Below, piece by piece: positions 54,962 through 64,000 of a stretch of DNA of 64,000 nt (position 1 is its first letter; each line of letters opens with the position of its first letter). The notes beneath the pieces were generated by a model. It was given only the letters and a program-made list of their open reading frames with translations. It made no database searches and was not told the DNA's origin. A program made the position numbers and the translations under genes. The stretch is from an uncultured Muribaculaceae bacterium (lineage in GTDB: Bacteria; Bacteroidota; Bacteroidia; Bacteroidales; UBA932), in the NCBI GenBank assembly GCA_964385835.1, contig CAYLQE010000004.1, forward strand, positions 24,080 to 88,079, given 5' to 3'.

Positions 54962-57310
54962 ATGAAAAGATTGTTCACAATGTTGACAGCAGTCATGCTC
55001 TGCCTCCTCGCTTCGGCCCAGGTCAAGGAGCTCGGCGATGCCATGACAGTCAGCAACCGCGGCGCATGGGACGAATTCCGTGCGCGGATGAAAAAGATAC
55101 ACCGTAAACGCCCCGTCGTGGCGCTTGTGCTTGGCGGAGGCGGTGCCAAGGGTACCGCCCATGTCGGCGTGCTGAAATATCTGGAGGAGATCGATATGCC
55201 CGTGGACATGGTGCTGGGCACAAGTATGGGCGGTCTGATAGGCAGTCTTTTCTCACTCGGATATACCACGGACCAGATAGATACGCTTATATCCGGAATG
55301 GACTGGCCTATAATGATGTCGGACAAGATTCCCGATGAATTCATCACATACCAGAAGCGCAAGTACAAGGAAAAATACGCGCTCAGCATTCCATTCGATT
55401 TCGAGAACGGCCATTTCAAGAGAAGCATGCCTTCGGCCTATATCACAGGCCAGAATGTCGGCAACCTCATCAACAGCCTTACCGTGGGATATTCTGACAA
55501 TATGCGTTTCTGCGACCTCCCGATTCCTTTCGCATGCGTGGCTACGGACCTTATCGAGGGAAAAGGGCTTGTGTGGGTGAACGGCAGTCTGGGCGAAGCC
55601 CTGCGCACTACGATGAGCATTCCTGTCGTGTTCGCCCCTATCCGCAAGAACGGACGTTTTCTTGTGGACGGCGGCATGATGGACAACTTTCCGGCTGATG
55701 TGGCGAAGGCCCTGGGCGCCGATATCGTGATAGGCGTTTCCGTGGATTCGCCAAGCATCAAATACGACGATGCCTACAATCTCATGGATGTGGTGTCCCT
55801 GACTATCGACCTGAGCGGCAAGACACGCCTGGAAGAGACACTGAAAATACCGGATGTGCTGCTGAAACCGGATCTCGAAGGCCTTACCTCTCTCAGCTTC
55901 AGCGAGGACAATGTAAGGAAACTGATCAACAACGGCTACAAGGAGGCCTTCGCGCACAGCGAGGCGCTTGCGGCACTGAAGAACAGGATCGGGCATAAAC
56001 ATTCGCTTGAACGCCATGCTCCGGCGGCGAAGTCCCTTATGACCGATGACGTGAAAATCAGCGACATAGTCTTCTCCGGCATTACCGACAAGGAAAAGGA
56101 GGTCCTGCTGGAGAAATTCGACATAGCGCAGCACGACCTTATCAACAAGGCTATCCTTGACGACAATGTGGCCCGCATGTTCGCCACCAACACTTTCCGG
56201 AACGTCAGCTACAAGCTGCTGGGGAAAGGCCCCGAATATGTTTTGCAGCTCAATTGCGAGAAAGGCCCTCTACACAAGTTCGGCCTGGGAGTGCGCTTCG
56301 ACACGGAAGAAATGGTGAGCGCCGCTATAAATGTGGGTTTCTTTGCCCATTCGCTGTATGGGTCGAGGGTGGACTGCGACCTCAAGCTTTCTGCGAACCC
56401 TTACGCCCGTCTGGAGTACAGCTTCAACCTGCCTCATTTTCCGAGGTTCGCGGTGTCGGCTGACCTGCGCTATATCAGTACGTCGCTGATGAGTTTCGCG
56501 GACAGTCCGTTCAGTATGAAAAGCTTTTCTTCCCGTCAGGAGATATATTTCACTGATTTCCAGTGGAACAAGTTCGACCTGAGCGCGGGCCTGCGCAACA
56601 GCGCGGTAAGGGTGGGCGAGTGCTCTGAGATTACTGCGAATCCCGAGCTTGTAGGCAAATATACGAACCATACCGGCCTGTTTGTCAGAGGCGAGATGGA
56701 CAATATGAAAGGCGGCTCGTATTTCCCTACGCAAGGTTCCCAGATAAATCTGGAGTATTCATGGCAGTTCCAGAGCAATATGAAGGATTACGGCGACTTC
56801 GCGGCCTATAATTACCATGCGATAACGTTCGATTCAAGGACGGCCGTGACACCGGCGGATTATTTCACTTTCATATTCTCCTCAAACTTACGCTGGCTTT
56901 TGTCTCCGGACCTTGAGAACATACCTTTCTATTTCCGCAACATTGTGGGCGGCGACATGCCGGGCCGTTATGTTCCGCACCAGAAGGCGTTCAACTGCAT
57001 AAACAACGCATATTGCCTTGGCAATGCCATGCTCCTTCTGGGTACCGGTTTCCGATTCAAGGTTTATGAAAAGCAGTATCTTGCGCTGCAGCCCCAGCTC
57101 GCACTGCACAATGACAAGCTCTGGGGACCATACGACGTGTCATCGGCTGCGGCATTCTTCGACAGGCATTCGGTATACGGATGCGCGCTGGAATATTCCA
57201 TGGAGACTGTCGTCGGCCCTATCAAGGCCAATCTGCACTGGTCCAGTCTCAACAAGGGCAGCAGGACAGGCGGCATAGGCCTGTATGTTTCAGCCGGGTT
57301 CTATTTTTAG
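54962..57310 (+). CDS. Patatin-like phospholipase with C-terminal beta-barrel (PlpD-like)
   Basis: GGGAKG, GTSMG, DGG; terminal GFYF. Confidence 0.9.
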   Translation: MKRLFTMLTAVMLCLLASAQVKELGDAMTVSNRGAWDEFRARMKKIHRKRPVVALVLGGGGAKGTAHVGVLKYLEEIDMPVDMVLGTSMGGLIGSLFSLGYTTDQIDTLISGMDWPIMMSDKIPDEFITYQKRKYKEKYALSIPFDFENGHFKRSMPSAYITGQNVGNLINSLTVGYSDNMRFCDLPIPFACVATDLIEGKGLVWVNGSLGEALRTTMSIPVVFAPIRKNGRFLVDGGMMDNFPADVAKALGADIVIGVSVDSPSIKYDDAYNLMDVVSLTIDLSGKTRLEETLKIPDVLLKPDLEGLTSLSFSEDNVRKLINNGYKEAFAHSEALAALKNRIGHKHSLERHAPAAKSLMTDDVKISDIVFSGITDKEKEVLLEKFDIAQHDLINKAILDDNVARMFATNTFRNVSYKLLGKGPEYVLQLNCEKGPLHKFGLGVRFDTEEMVSAAINVGFFAHSLYGSRVDCDLKLSANPYARLEYSFNLPHFPRFAVSADLRYISTSLMSFADSPFSMKSFSSRQEIYFTDFQWNKFDLSAGLRNSAVRVGECSEITANPELVGKYTNHTGLFVRGEMDNMKGGSYFPTQGSQINLEYSWQFQSNMKDYGDFAAYNYHAITFDSRTAVTPADYFTFIFSSNLRWLLSPDLENIPFYFRNIVGGDMPGRYVPHQKAFNCINNAYCLGNAMLLLGTGFRFKVYEKQYLALQPQLALHNDKLWGPYDVSSAAAFFDRHSVYGCALEYSMETVVGPIKANLHWSSLNKGSRTGGIGLYVSAGFYF

Positions 57311-57617
57311 ACTCTGTCTGAAATGGGCATTCTTTTTTCATATTACATCCTGACGGCAATTTCCGTGCTCCCTGACTGTGCTGCCGCATTACGTATCAGC
57401 CAGACAGTTTCAGCCGTATTACTTGGCATAGGTAATGCAGGTGCCTTCTTGGCTGGTCAGACAGTTGCTGCCGCTGTCCTCTCCGGCTGTGTAGCCGCAT
57501 TACTTGGCATTCCGGCTGTTACCGCAATCCTTTATAGGATGCCGGGACTGTCACGACAATCCGCAACTGTCACATCCGGCAAGCCTTTCAAAACTATTTC
57601 TTAAATCTGCTGATGAT

Positions 57618-58265
57618 ATGCCGCAGGATTTCGCACATATTGATTCGTCTCTCCGTGAACCGGTTCAGCCGGATCAGGACAAATATTCGGCCCATAAGGG
57701 CTCAGGTTTGTCGCATTATGGCACTGGCCAGTCGCAGTCAGATTCCGGTTTGTTGCATTCTGATACCGTGCGATCCGGTTTCAAGGATAATGTGAAATTG
57801 GAGCCTGATTATACCAAGACTCTGGATTATCTCCGGCGACTGTGCTCCATGAGGGAATACTGCCGCCGCGATGTTTACGACAAGGCTTTCAAGCGCCTGG
57901 AAGACAAAGATGCGGCGCGCAGGGCTGTGGATACGCTGGTCGCCGAGAAGTTCGTGGATGAATCCCGCTATGCCTTGGCATTCGCACGTGACAAGGCCTC
58001 TATAAGGGGCTGGGGGCCTATGAAGATCAGGATGGCCCTGTCAGGCAAGGGAGTGCCACGGGATCTGATAGACGACGCTCTTGCCGAAATAGACGGTAGC
58101 AAGGCGGATGACAAGCTGCGCAAGGCTTTGCAGGCAAAGGCGCGGCAGTTGCATGGCGACTCTCAGATCAGGCTCAAACTGCTGCGTTTCGCTCTCGGCC
58201 GCGGATACGGCTACGATACTGCAAACTCCCTTGTCGCCGAACTCCTCTCCGAAGAGGAATGTTAA
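57618..58265 (+). CDS. recX: RecX family regulator
   Basis: CSMREYC, FVDESRYA, WGPMKI..L..KG, RFALGRGY; start uncertain. Confidence 0.85.
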   Translation: MPQDFAHIDSSLREPVQPDQDKYSAHKGSGLSHYGTGQSQSDSGLLHSDTVRSGFKDNVKLEPDYTKTLDYLRRLCSMREYCRRDVYDKAFKRLEDKDAARRAVDTLVAEKFVDESRYALAFARDKASIRGWGPMKIRMALSGKGVPRDLIDDALAEIDGSKADDKLRKALQAKARQLHGDSQIRLKLLRFALGRGYGYDTANSLVAELLSEEEC

Positions 58266-59168
58266 TGCTGTTGTAGCATAAATATAATGCTTAAATTCTT
58301 GATAATAAATAGTATTGATGCGAATATGGTTCGTTCGGACAAATTTCATTACTTTTGCGGATGTTTGTGAGTATTACCGTTGACCGACGTTTTAATATCA
58401 AATATCCACAAGTACAGGAAGACCGAAACGCTTATATCAATTACGCTATAGTCTGCATTTCATGGGTGAAATAAATATTATATTTTGTTCATCTTGAATA
58501 TCTTTGTCCGGTCGGACACCGTATCAAAAGAAAAGTGGCTGTGAATGTGTAATGTGCTCGGCTAAGTTTGGTAAGAACTGCTATGAGTATGGACGGATTT
58601 TTCAGGAATATGAAATACAAAAACAGATCTGAATATCAGCTCAAATTTGAAGACAAGGCCGGTATGATTTAAGAAAAGGAGCAGGAAATTGAACAGATGG
58701 CAAAAGGATATAGAACGTGTCAGTAGAGTAGCGCAACCTTTTCGCAACCACAAGATAGACTTTGAACCTATAAACCTCCGATATTCGGGTGGATAAATGG
58801 GCTGATGAGCGGAACAGATTTATAGCTAGCTGCTTTGTGATGTTAGCCCGTCAAATTGAAGACCTACCGAAGGTAAAAAATGCGTTGTAGGTAGCTTGTC
58901 ACTATTTCAACAGGATGTGGCAATTTTGATTGTGGACTTCGCTGGGATGGGGCGCAGACTGGATTAGGAGTAAGATGCCTACCGAATAAGGTGTATATTT
59001 TATGCCTAACGAGTAGTAGAGATGTCAAGAAAAGGATACAGAGGGAAATATTTTTTTTGAAATTAACGCAAACACAGAAATATCCTTTCTGAGTTTATAT
59101 GAATCAACACAGAGTATAAATTTCAATTTGAATACTAAAAGATTTTACAATGTTCATTAAGTATAGTT

Positions 59169-59609
59169 TTAAAAAATATTCTCACTTTGATCAACGTCCC
59201 AATTTCCATGTCCTCCACCTAGCCATTTCCCTGTAGATGCCCATATTTCATAATAATACATCCATTGAACGGCCCAATGTACTATAGTGGTAGATAAGAG
59301 CATAGATGAGTTCCATTCGTGTGGTAAATATAAACATAACCGTTGTTTGCCGTCATGATAGTCAAAAGTGTGTGGCAAAATTTTTGCTCCTGTTGCCAAT
59401 CTTAATGGCTTAGGTGAGTCAATATATGCTTTGGGGGGACCACCCAAAGCATATACTATTTTCAGATTGTAGGTATCAGATAATGCGGATGGCTGAAAAG
59501 AGCCATACCATACCATTGTACCGTTAGAAACTTTACCTTTTGACAAGGGAAATTCATGTTTTAGAGCATTCAACTGCTGAATTGGAGTTATTTTTCTATT
59601 TCCTACCAT
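59169..59609 (-). CDS. Stand-alone prokaryotic E2-like protein of a short type II CBASS
   Basis: LPH..LCLY (candidate catalytic Cys), W..YYEIW..TGKWLGGG; overlaps the CD-NTase stop. Confidence 0.75.
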   Translation of the reverse strand: MVGNRKITPIQQLNALKHEFPLSKGKVSNGTMVWYGSFQPSALSDTYNLKIVYALGGPPKAYIDSPKPLRLATGAKILPHTFDYHDGKQRLCLYLPHEWNSSMLLSTTIVHWAVQWMYYYEIWASTGKWLGGGHGNWDVDQSENIF

Positions 59610-60825
59610 AAAATGTATTTGTTGTGTTCAAACTTTTGCCAGAAGCACCGACAACTCCTGAAGAACTTAGTAATGACGCACCTCTTGTCAAATTTGTATT
59701 CCTTCTTTCTGATAGTAACTCCGTAATACGATAAGATGTGTCCTGCCCAAAAGTTTGGCGGATAGAATCAAATATCTCAGTCCTGTTTCGACCATTTATT
59801 ATGCTTTTTAAATCACGTTGAAGAGCGTCAACCCACTTGTAGAAGTTTTCCTTCCGTTTGGGATGTGAAGGCCATTTATCCGCAAAGTTCTCTTCAGCAT
59901 TAACTGGATTTCCGACCCAATCCTCTCCGTTCTTCCCTACAGAAATACCTCTTTTGATATTAATGGCTACATTTAAAAGGCCATCAACGATATTTTGCTC
60001 TCCATTATATGCTTTCGCGGCAAGAGTTGTTATAATAATAGAAATGGGCCTATCATCCTTGTCATTTCTGAACATCATATCCCGATGTCTTTTGAGTATT
60101 TGCACAATCCTTTGAAGAACAGTTTTGTCTTTTGTGTATTTGTCGAATGGCACAACTGCCTCCGCAAGCAATTTCGTTTGTTTTGTAGTTTGACATCTAC
60201 TTGCGAACCACAGCGCATACCCATCAGGGTTGCTCTTTAGCCAATTAGCAATATTTGTTGATGTTGAATAGTCTTCGGCATATTTGTCTGTAATGCGAAT
60301 TGATATCTGATCTACAGATCTATCAGAATATCCTTCTGCAAATAGTTTTGTCATTATACTACTGTATTCCTTATCCGCTACTGCAGGAAGGATATCCATA
60401 TGATATCTCTCCTTTGGATTATCAGCATTATCTCTATACTGCAAGGTCCAACATCTTCTGCCTCCGTCTTTTTCCTTCAACATTGTTGAATATCTACCAT
60501 TAGATTTTATTCGATTGCCTATGTGATCCTTTAACCTTTTCTGTGTCCAATAAGCGGGTTTTTCCTGTAGTCTAAAAACTAAATCAACATCCAAATCATC
60601 TTGTGGATTAATAGGTTGTATAATTGTGCCTAGACGAAGTGAACCTTGTGGCGTAACCGTTGGTTTGTAAATGGAAAGTGTGGAATCGTTTTCTAAATAT
60701 TCTCCTACCGCTTTGTAGCTATTGGTTAAATTATCATACTGGGTTTGAGTGATATCAAGAGACTCTCCCAAAGTCTCAATGATATACTTGAACTCATCCT
60801 TTTGCTCAAATGTTAAATTTCTCAT
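59596..60825 (-). CDS. cGAS/DncV-like nucleotidyltransferase (CD-NTase)
   Basis: QGSLRLGT, DLDVD, HMDILP, SNP.GY, LKRHRD, PISIIITT, NP..ENFADKW, tail NTFYGRK. Confidence 0.92.
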   Translation of the reverse strand: MRNLTFEQKDEFKYIIETLGESLDITQTQYDNLTNSYKAVGEYLENDSTLSIYKPTVTPQGSLRLGTIIQPINPQDDLDVDLVFRLQEKPAYWTQKRLKDHIGNRIKSNGRYSTMLKEKDGGRRCWTLQYRDNADNPKERYHMDILPAVADKEYSSIMTKLFAEGYSDRSVDQISIRITDKYAEDYSTSTNIANWLKSNPDGYALWFASRCQTTKQTKLLAEAVVPFDKYTKDKTVLQRIVQILKRHRDMMFRNDKDDRPISIIITTLAAKAYNGEQNIVDGLLNVAINIKRGISVGKNGEDWVGNPVNAEENFADKWPSHPKRKENFYKWVDALQRDLKSIINGRNRTEIFDSIRQTFGQDTSYRITELLSERRNTNLTRGASLLSSSGVVGASGKSLNTTNTFYGRK

Positions 60826-60827
60826 AT

Positions 60828-61952
60828 TTAATCGATCGTTATTGTTTCTATATCTGTATTTTCCTGCATGCGGTAATCATATATCAACCATTTCAAATCA
60901 GCTTTAGGCATTCTGATGCGGCCGAGCTCCACTGCACAAGAAGCGGGAGCCGCCATAAACACTCGAATAGTATCAAATCCCAAAGCATTGGTTTTGATAT
61001 CGTCCATTGTCTTCCGTGTAACAACTCGGAATTGTTCAAGTTGCGCCTTTGACTTCATCATATCATTCCCTGGCTCATCACATGTTATAGTCCAGATACT
61101 AGCATTGTCCCCAAAGCGTTGAGCGACTCTTTTTCTTATTGCATTTGCACTTAATGCTATGACAAGAATAGGTTCCTTACCTTTATCTTGAGGTTCTTCT
61201 ACAATTATGTTATTAATACCAGCATTATCTAACCACCTCCATGTGTCAGGCTCTCGATGTTTCTGATAAACTTGAACATTGTATTTGTCATTCAAAACTG
61301 TACCTATTTTTACCAGTAGAGGTTGTGGGCCAAATGGGAAAAGAGAGATGTGAGAACAAACTCCAGTATCCAACGCTTTTATTACCTTATCTTTACATAG
61401 CATTTCAATTTGATTCTGTTCCACAAGCCAATATGTCTCTGTTTCCTCCCCTAAAACCATGTTTTTTAACTGTATCTCAACAGGTGTCGGATATACAGGA
61501 TATCTTTCAGGTAATATAGCGTTGTTCAGCACTTCTTCGTGAAAGAAAGGAGTGTCGGCTCCTATCTTCGGACCATATGCAACGACTAAACTTTTGAGTT
61601 CTGGACGAATGCCTGTAAGCAAGTCGATTCTCTCCTCATGCTCTTTCTTCATTGCTTTTAGTATCTCCACCGTATACCGTTCTTCACCTAACTTGCTATC
61701 AATAAGTTTATGGCACTCTGGACATAAAAGAATAAGGTTGGAAGGGTCTTTTGCGAGTTCTTCTGATCTCTCATTTCCACGTGGGCCATTTTTCGAGTCA
61801 CCTATGATATGAGCGTAGTTTGAAATATTACACTTCTCCATAGTTACCCCACTAACATATAGGCGTTTATTACAACCACGGAACTCACATCTCCCATGAG
61901 CGTTAAACCATAAATTACGTTTTACATCAGGTGGTATCGGTGTCTTACTCAT
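60828..61952 (-). CDS. HNH-SAVED CBASS effector (Cap5-like)
   Basis: GRCEFRGC, AHI..GPRG, NLILLCPECHKLID; SAVED-type HISLFPFGPQP and FMAAPASCAVELGR. Confidence 0.9.
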   Translation of the reverse strand: MSKTPIPPDVKRNLWFNAHGRCEFRGCNKRLYVSGVTMEKCNISNYAHIIGDSKNGPRGNERSEELAKDPSNLILLCPECHKLIDSKLGEERYTVEILKAMKKEHEERIDLLTGIRPELKSLVVAYGPKIGADTPFFHEEVLNNAILPERYPVYPTPVEIQLKNMVLGEETETYWLVEQNQIEMLCKDKVIKALDTGVCSHISLFPFGPQPLLVKIGTVLNDKYNVQVYQKHREPDTWRWLDNAGINNIIVEEPQDKGKEPILVIALSANAIRKRVAQRFGDNASIWTITCDEPGNDMMKSKAQLEQFRVVTRKTMDDIKTNALGFDTIRVFMAAPASCAVELGRIRMPKADLKWLIYDYRMQENTDIETITID

Positions 61953-62002
61953 CTCAATTAATTGTTATGGCATATACAACATTTGCGAAAGTTCTTGAAT
62001 AA

Positions 62003-62025
62003 GCCCCAAACATAATGCTTGGGGC
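62003..62025. promoter_or_regulatory. Hairpin between the leader peptide and the effector gene
   Basis: GCCCCAA...TTGGGGC. Confidence 0.45.
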
Positions 62026-62039
62026 ACATCCAAAACGAA

Positions 62040-62183
62040 TTACTTGTTCCTTCTCGTCGAAGGTTTCTCTCTTTGTGAGAGAGCGCTACCAGCAATACTC
62101 TTGGTCCTTGCACTAGAACGACCATCTTGGAGAGCTTTTGATGCTTTGGTAGCAACAGCTTTCGAAGTTACTTTCGTTGCCAT
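62040..62183 (-). CDS. 47-aa basic peptide MATKVTSKAVATKASKALQDGRSSARTKSIAGSALSQREKPSTRRNK
   Basis: Translated by hand, ATG to TAA; TATATTTG on minus at 62283-62290. Confidence 0.65.
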   Translation of the reverse strand: MATKVTSKAVATKASKALQDGRSSARTKSIAGSALSQREKPSTRRNK

Positions 62184-62515
62184 AGTATTCTATCCTGTCC
62201 TTGTCAGGGTTCCTTAGTGAGAACTATTCCAAGTTCTCGTAATACATACACCATACAACATATATGGATGCTTTTGTTGATACAAATATAATGCTAATTG
62301 AGGTAGTTGCTCATTTTCTTATTATATTTTCTTTAAAATAGAGTATTTTAGACATAAAATATTTCATATTTACTCAATTATATGACATTTTGTCTGTTTA
62401 TTGCGGGTTAGCTCATATGACAATATGTCGGTAAATTGAGTGTTTGCCTCAATTTCTTGAAAAATATCTAAAATTATTGTACCTTTGCGGTCTCAAAACG
62501 ATAAGGCCAATAGTT

Positions 62516-63802
62516 ATGCTTATTAGATTTACTGTTGAAAACTATAGATCCATTGGTGAAGAAAAGTCTCTTGACCTATGTGCTTCGAATGCTATAAAGG
62601 ATCTCGTGAATAGAGGCTATTCTACTGTTCAAGATAAAAAGTATCTTAATAGCATTGCATTTTATGGCGCTAATTCTAGCGGTAAAACCAATTTTCTTAG
62701 GGCTATCGGACAGATGAGGAATATTGTTTTGCATTCAGTCAGACTAAATGATAATGAACCTCTTCCGTATGAGCCATTTCTATTATCAACAAAAGAAGCA
62801 AGACCTACGAAATTTGAAGTGTCCTTCATTGACCCGGAAGACCGATCTCAGTTTGAATATGGATTTAAGTACAATGAAGATTCCATTGTTGAGGAATGGT
62901 TAGATGCCAAATTCCCTAGAAAATCAAAAAAACACTTATTCACAAGAACAGGAACAGAAATAATTCCAGATTCTATTTTTTTTGTAGAAGGGGAGAAATA
63001 TAAAGATGTAAATCTAAACAAAAATAGACTATTCCTATCGCTTGTGGGGCAACTCGGAGGAGAGATATCAAACAGAGTTATTGAATGGTTCAGAACTAAG
63101 GTTATCGTACTCTCTGGTATTAATGATTCTAACTATTATAAACGAACGAGTCGTAATATCTATGAAAGTAGCGAATATAGAGAAGGGGTTCTTGACTTGA
63201 TTCGTCAGATGAATTTTGGTTTCGAGGATATTAAAGCAGAAAAGGTTGATATGTCAAACATGACATTTCCTCAGGAACTTCCTGCAGAAATCATTGCAAA
63301 AATAAAGAATGAGACCTACATTGAAATTTCAACCGTTCACAATGTCTACGATGAAGATGGTAACATTGCAACAACCAGACAGTTCGAACTTGAAGGTAAT
63401 GAATCAGCGGGAACGAACAAGTTCTTTAATCTTGCAGGACACATATATGAATCATTGAAAGATGGCAGGTGCTTGTGTATTGATGAGCTTGATTCTCAGA
63501 TGCACCCCCTTATTTCTTGGAAGATAGTTGAGATGTTCAACAATACTGATATTAATACCTCTGGGGCACAACTCATATTTACAACACATGACACTCACTT
63601 ACTCTCTAAAGAACTTTTCAGAAGAGACCAAATAATATTTATCGAGAAAGATAAGAAAGAGTCGTCTGATTTGTATACAATGCTTGATGCAAAACAACAT
63701 TTGAATCATTCTCCACGAACAGATTCAAACTACCAGAAAAATTATATTCAAGGTAGATATGGTGCAATACCATTCCCAACTAATGATTTGCCTGAAGAAT
63801 AA
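62516..63802 (+). CDS. AAA_21/RloA-like ABC-type ATPase
   Basis: F.VENYRS, GANSSGKT, ESAGT, IDELD..HP, QLIFTTH, Y..GRYGAIP; TACCTTTG at 62480-62487. Confidence 0.88.
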   Translation: MLIRFTVENYRSIGEEKSLDLCASNAIKDLVNRGYSTVQDKKYLNSIAFYGANSSGKTNFLRAIGQMRNIVLHSVRLNDNEPLPYEPFLLSTKEARPTKFEVSFIDPEDRSQFEYGFKYNEDSIVEEWLDAKFPRKSKKHLFTRTGTEIIPDSIFFVEGEKYKDVNLNKNRLFLSLVGQLGGEISNRVIEWFRTKVIVLSGINDSNYYKRTSRNIYESSEYREGVLDLIRQMNFGFEDIKAEKVDMSNMTFPQELPAEIIAKIKNETYIEISTVHNVYDEDGNIATTRQFELEGNESAGTNKFFNLAGHIYESLKDGRCLCIDELDSQMHPLISWKIVEMFNNTDINTSGAQLIFTTHDTHLLSKELFRRDQIIFIEKDKKESSDLYTMLDAKQHLNHSPRTDSNYQKNYIQGRYGAIPFPTNDLPEE

Positions 63803-64000
63803 GATGCAGTAAAGAAAGGAGCAACGGAACAGATTTCTTCCTACTTTCGCAGTTCGACATCCATCACATTTATTATGTTGTATACAGAGTTTTGGGATGT
63901 CATTTAAGTTTGTCATATTTTAGTGCTATTTATAGTATTCTTGTTTTCTTTCCTTAATTTTGTTGGGGAAATGAAACGTTATCACTATTTTTGCACAATG

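Noticed and set aside
57323-57604. 93-aa hydrophobic ORF with short imperfect repeats (CAGACAGTT, ATTACTTGGCAT)
   Set aside because: No recognisable family; looks like a degenerate repetitive spacer, so coding status is unsupported
58266-59168. AT-rich 0.9-kb gap, considered as ncRNA, ribozyme (CTGATGAG near 58802) or pseudogene
   Set aside because: No complete ribozyme core or convincing stems and only short broken frames; needs Infernal/tblastn to call
61958-62155. 65-aa minus-strand ORF in the track
   Set aside because: Non-ATG start, runs through the hairpin and overlaps the better-supported ATG frame 62183-62040

Overview
This is a Bacteroidales-type chromosomal window, judged from TAnnTTTG promoter elements and PUL-type and DUF3822-like genes; all family assignments come from motifs read by eye. 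1-13.7 kb is the 3' part of a polysaccharide-utilisation locus (GH97, esterase, two GH92 domains, two FAD-oxidoreductase::CAZyme fusions). 13.8-18.6 kb holds surface lipoproteins (BspA-like repeats, CotH kinase) plus a 45-aa peptide missing from the ORF track. 18.6-32.1 kb is housekeeping (dNK, acyl-CoA ligase, MATE, FKBP, DHH, rsmD, tRNA-Gly, rsmI, tdk). 32.2-48.8 kb is the best candidate for an undescribed system: a tyrosine recombinase, then an 18-bp inverted-repeat-bounded segment whose promoter element points away from the cluster, then an AT-rich co-oriented cluster of lipoproteins, an exported vWA protein, a membrane anchor, two paralogous ~975-aa tubulin/FtsZ-like proteins and a 1166-aa membrane protein with an embedded papain-like protease. 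After recA is a small island (BRO protein, DUF5053-like protein, candidate type I toxin-antitoxin, two small DNA-binding genes flanking a 16-17-bp repeat array), then rlmN, a patatin/Omp85 protein and recX. The window ends in a defence island: an E2-only CBASS (HNH-SAVED, CD-NTase, E2) led by a 47-aa basic peptide, and a divergent AAA ATPase with no visible partner.
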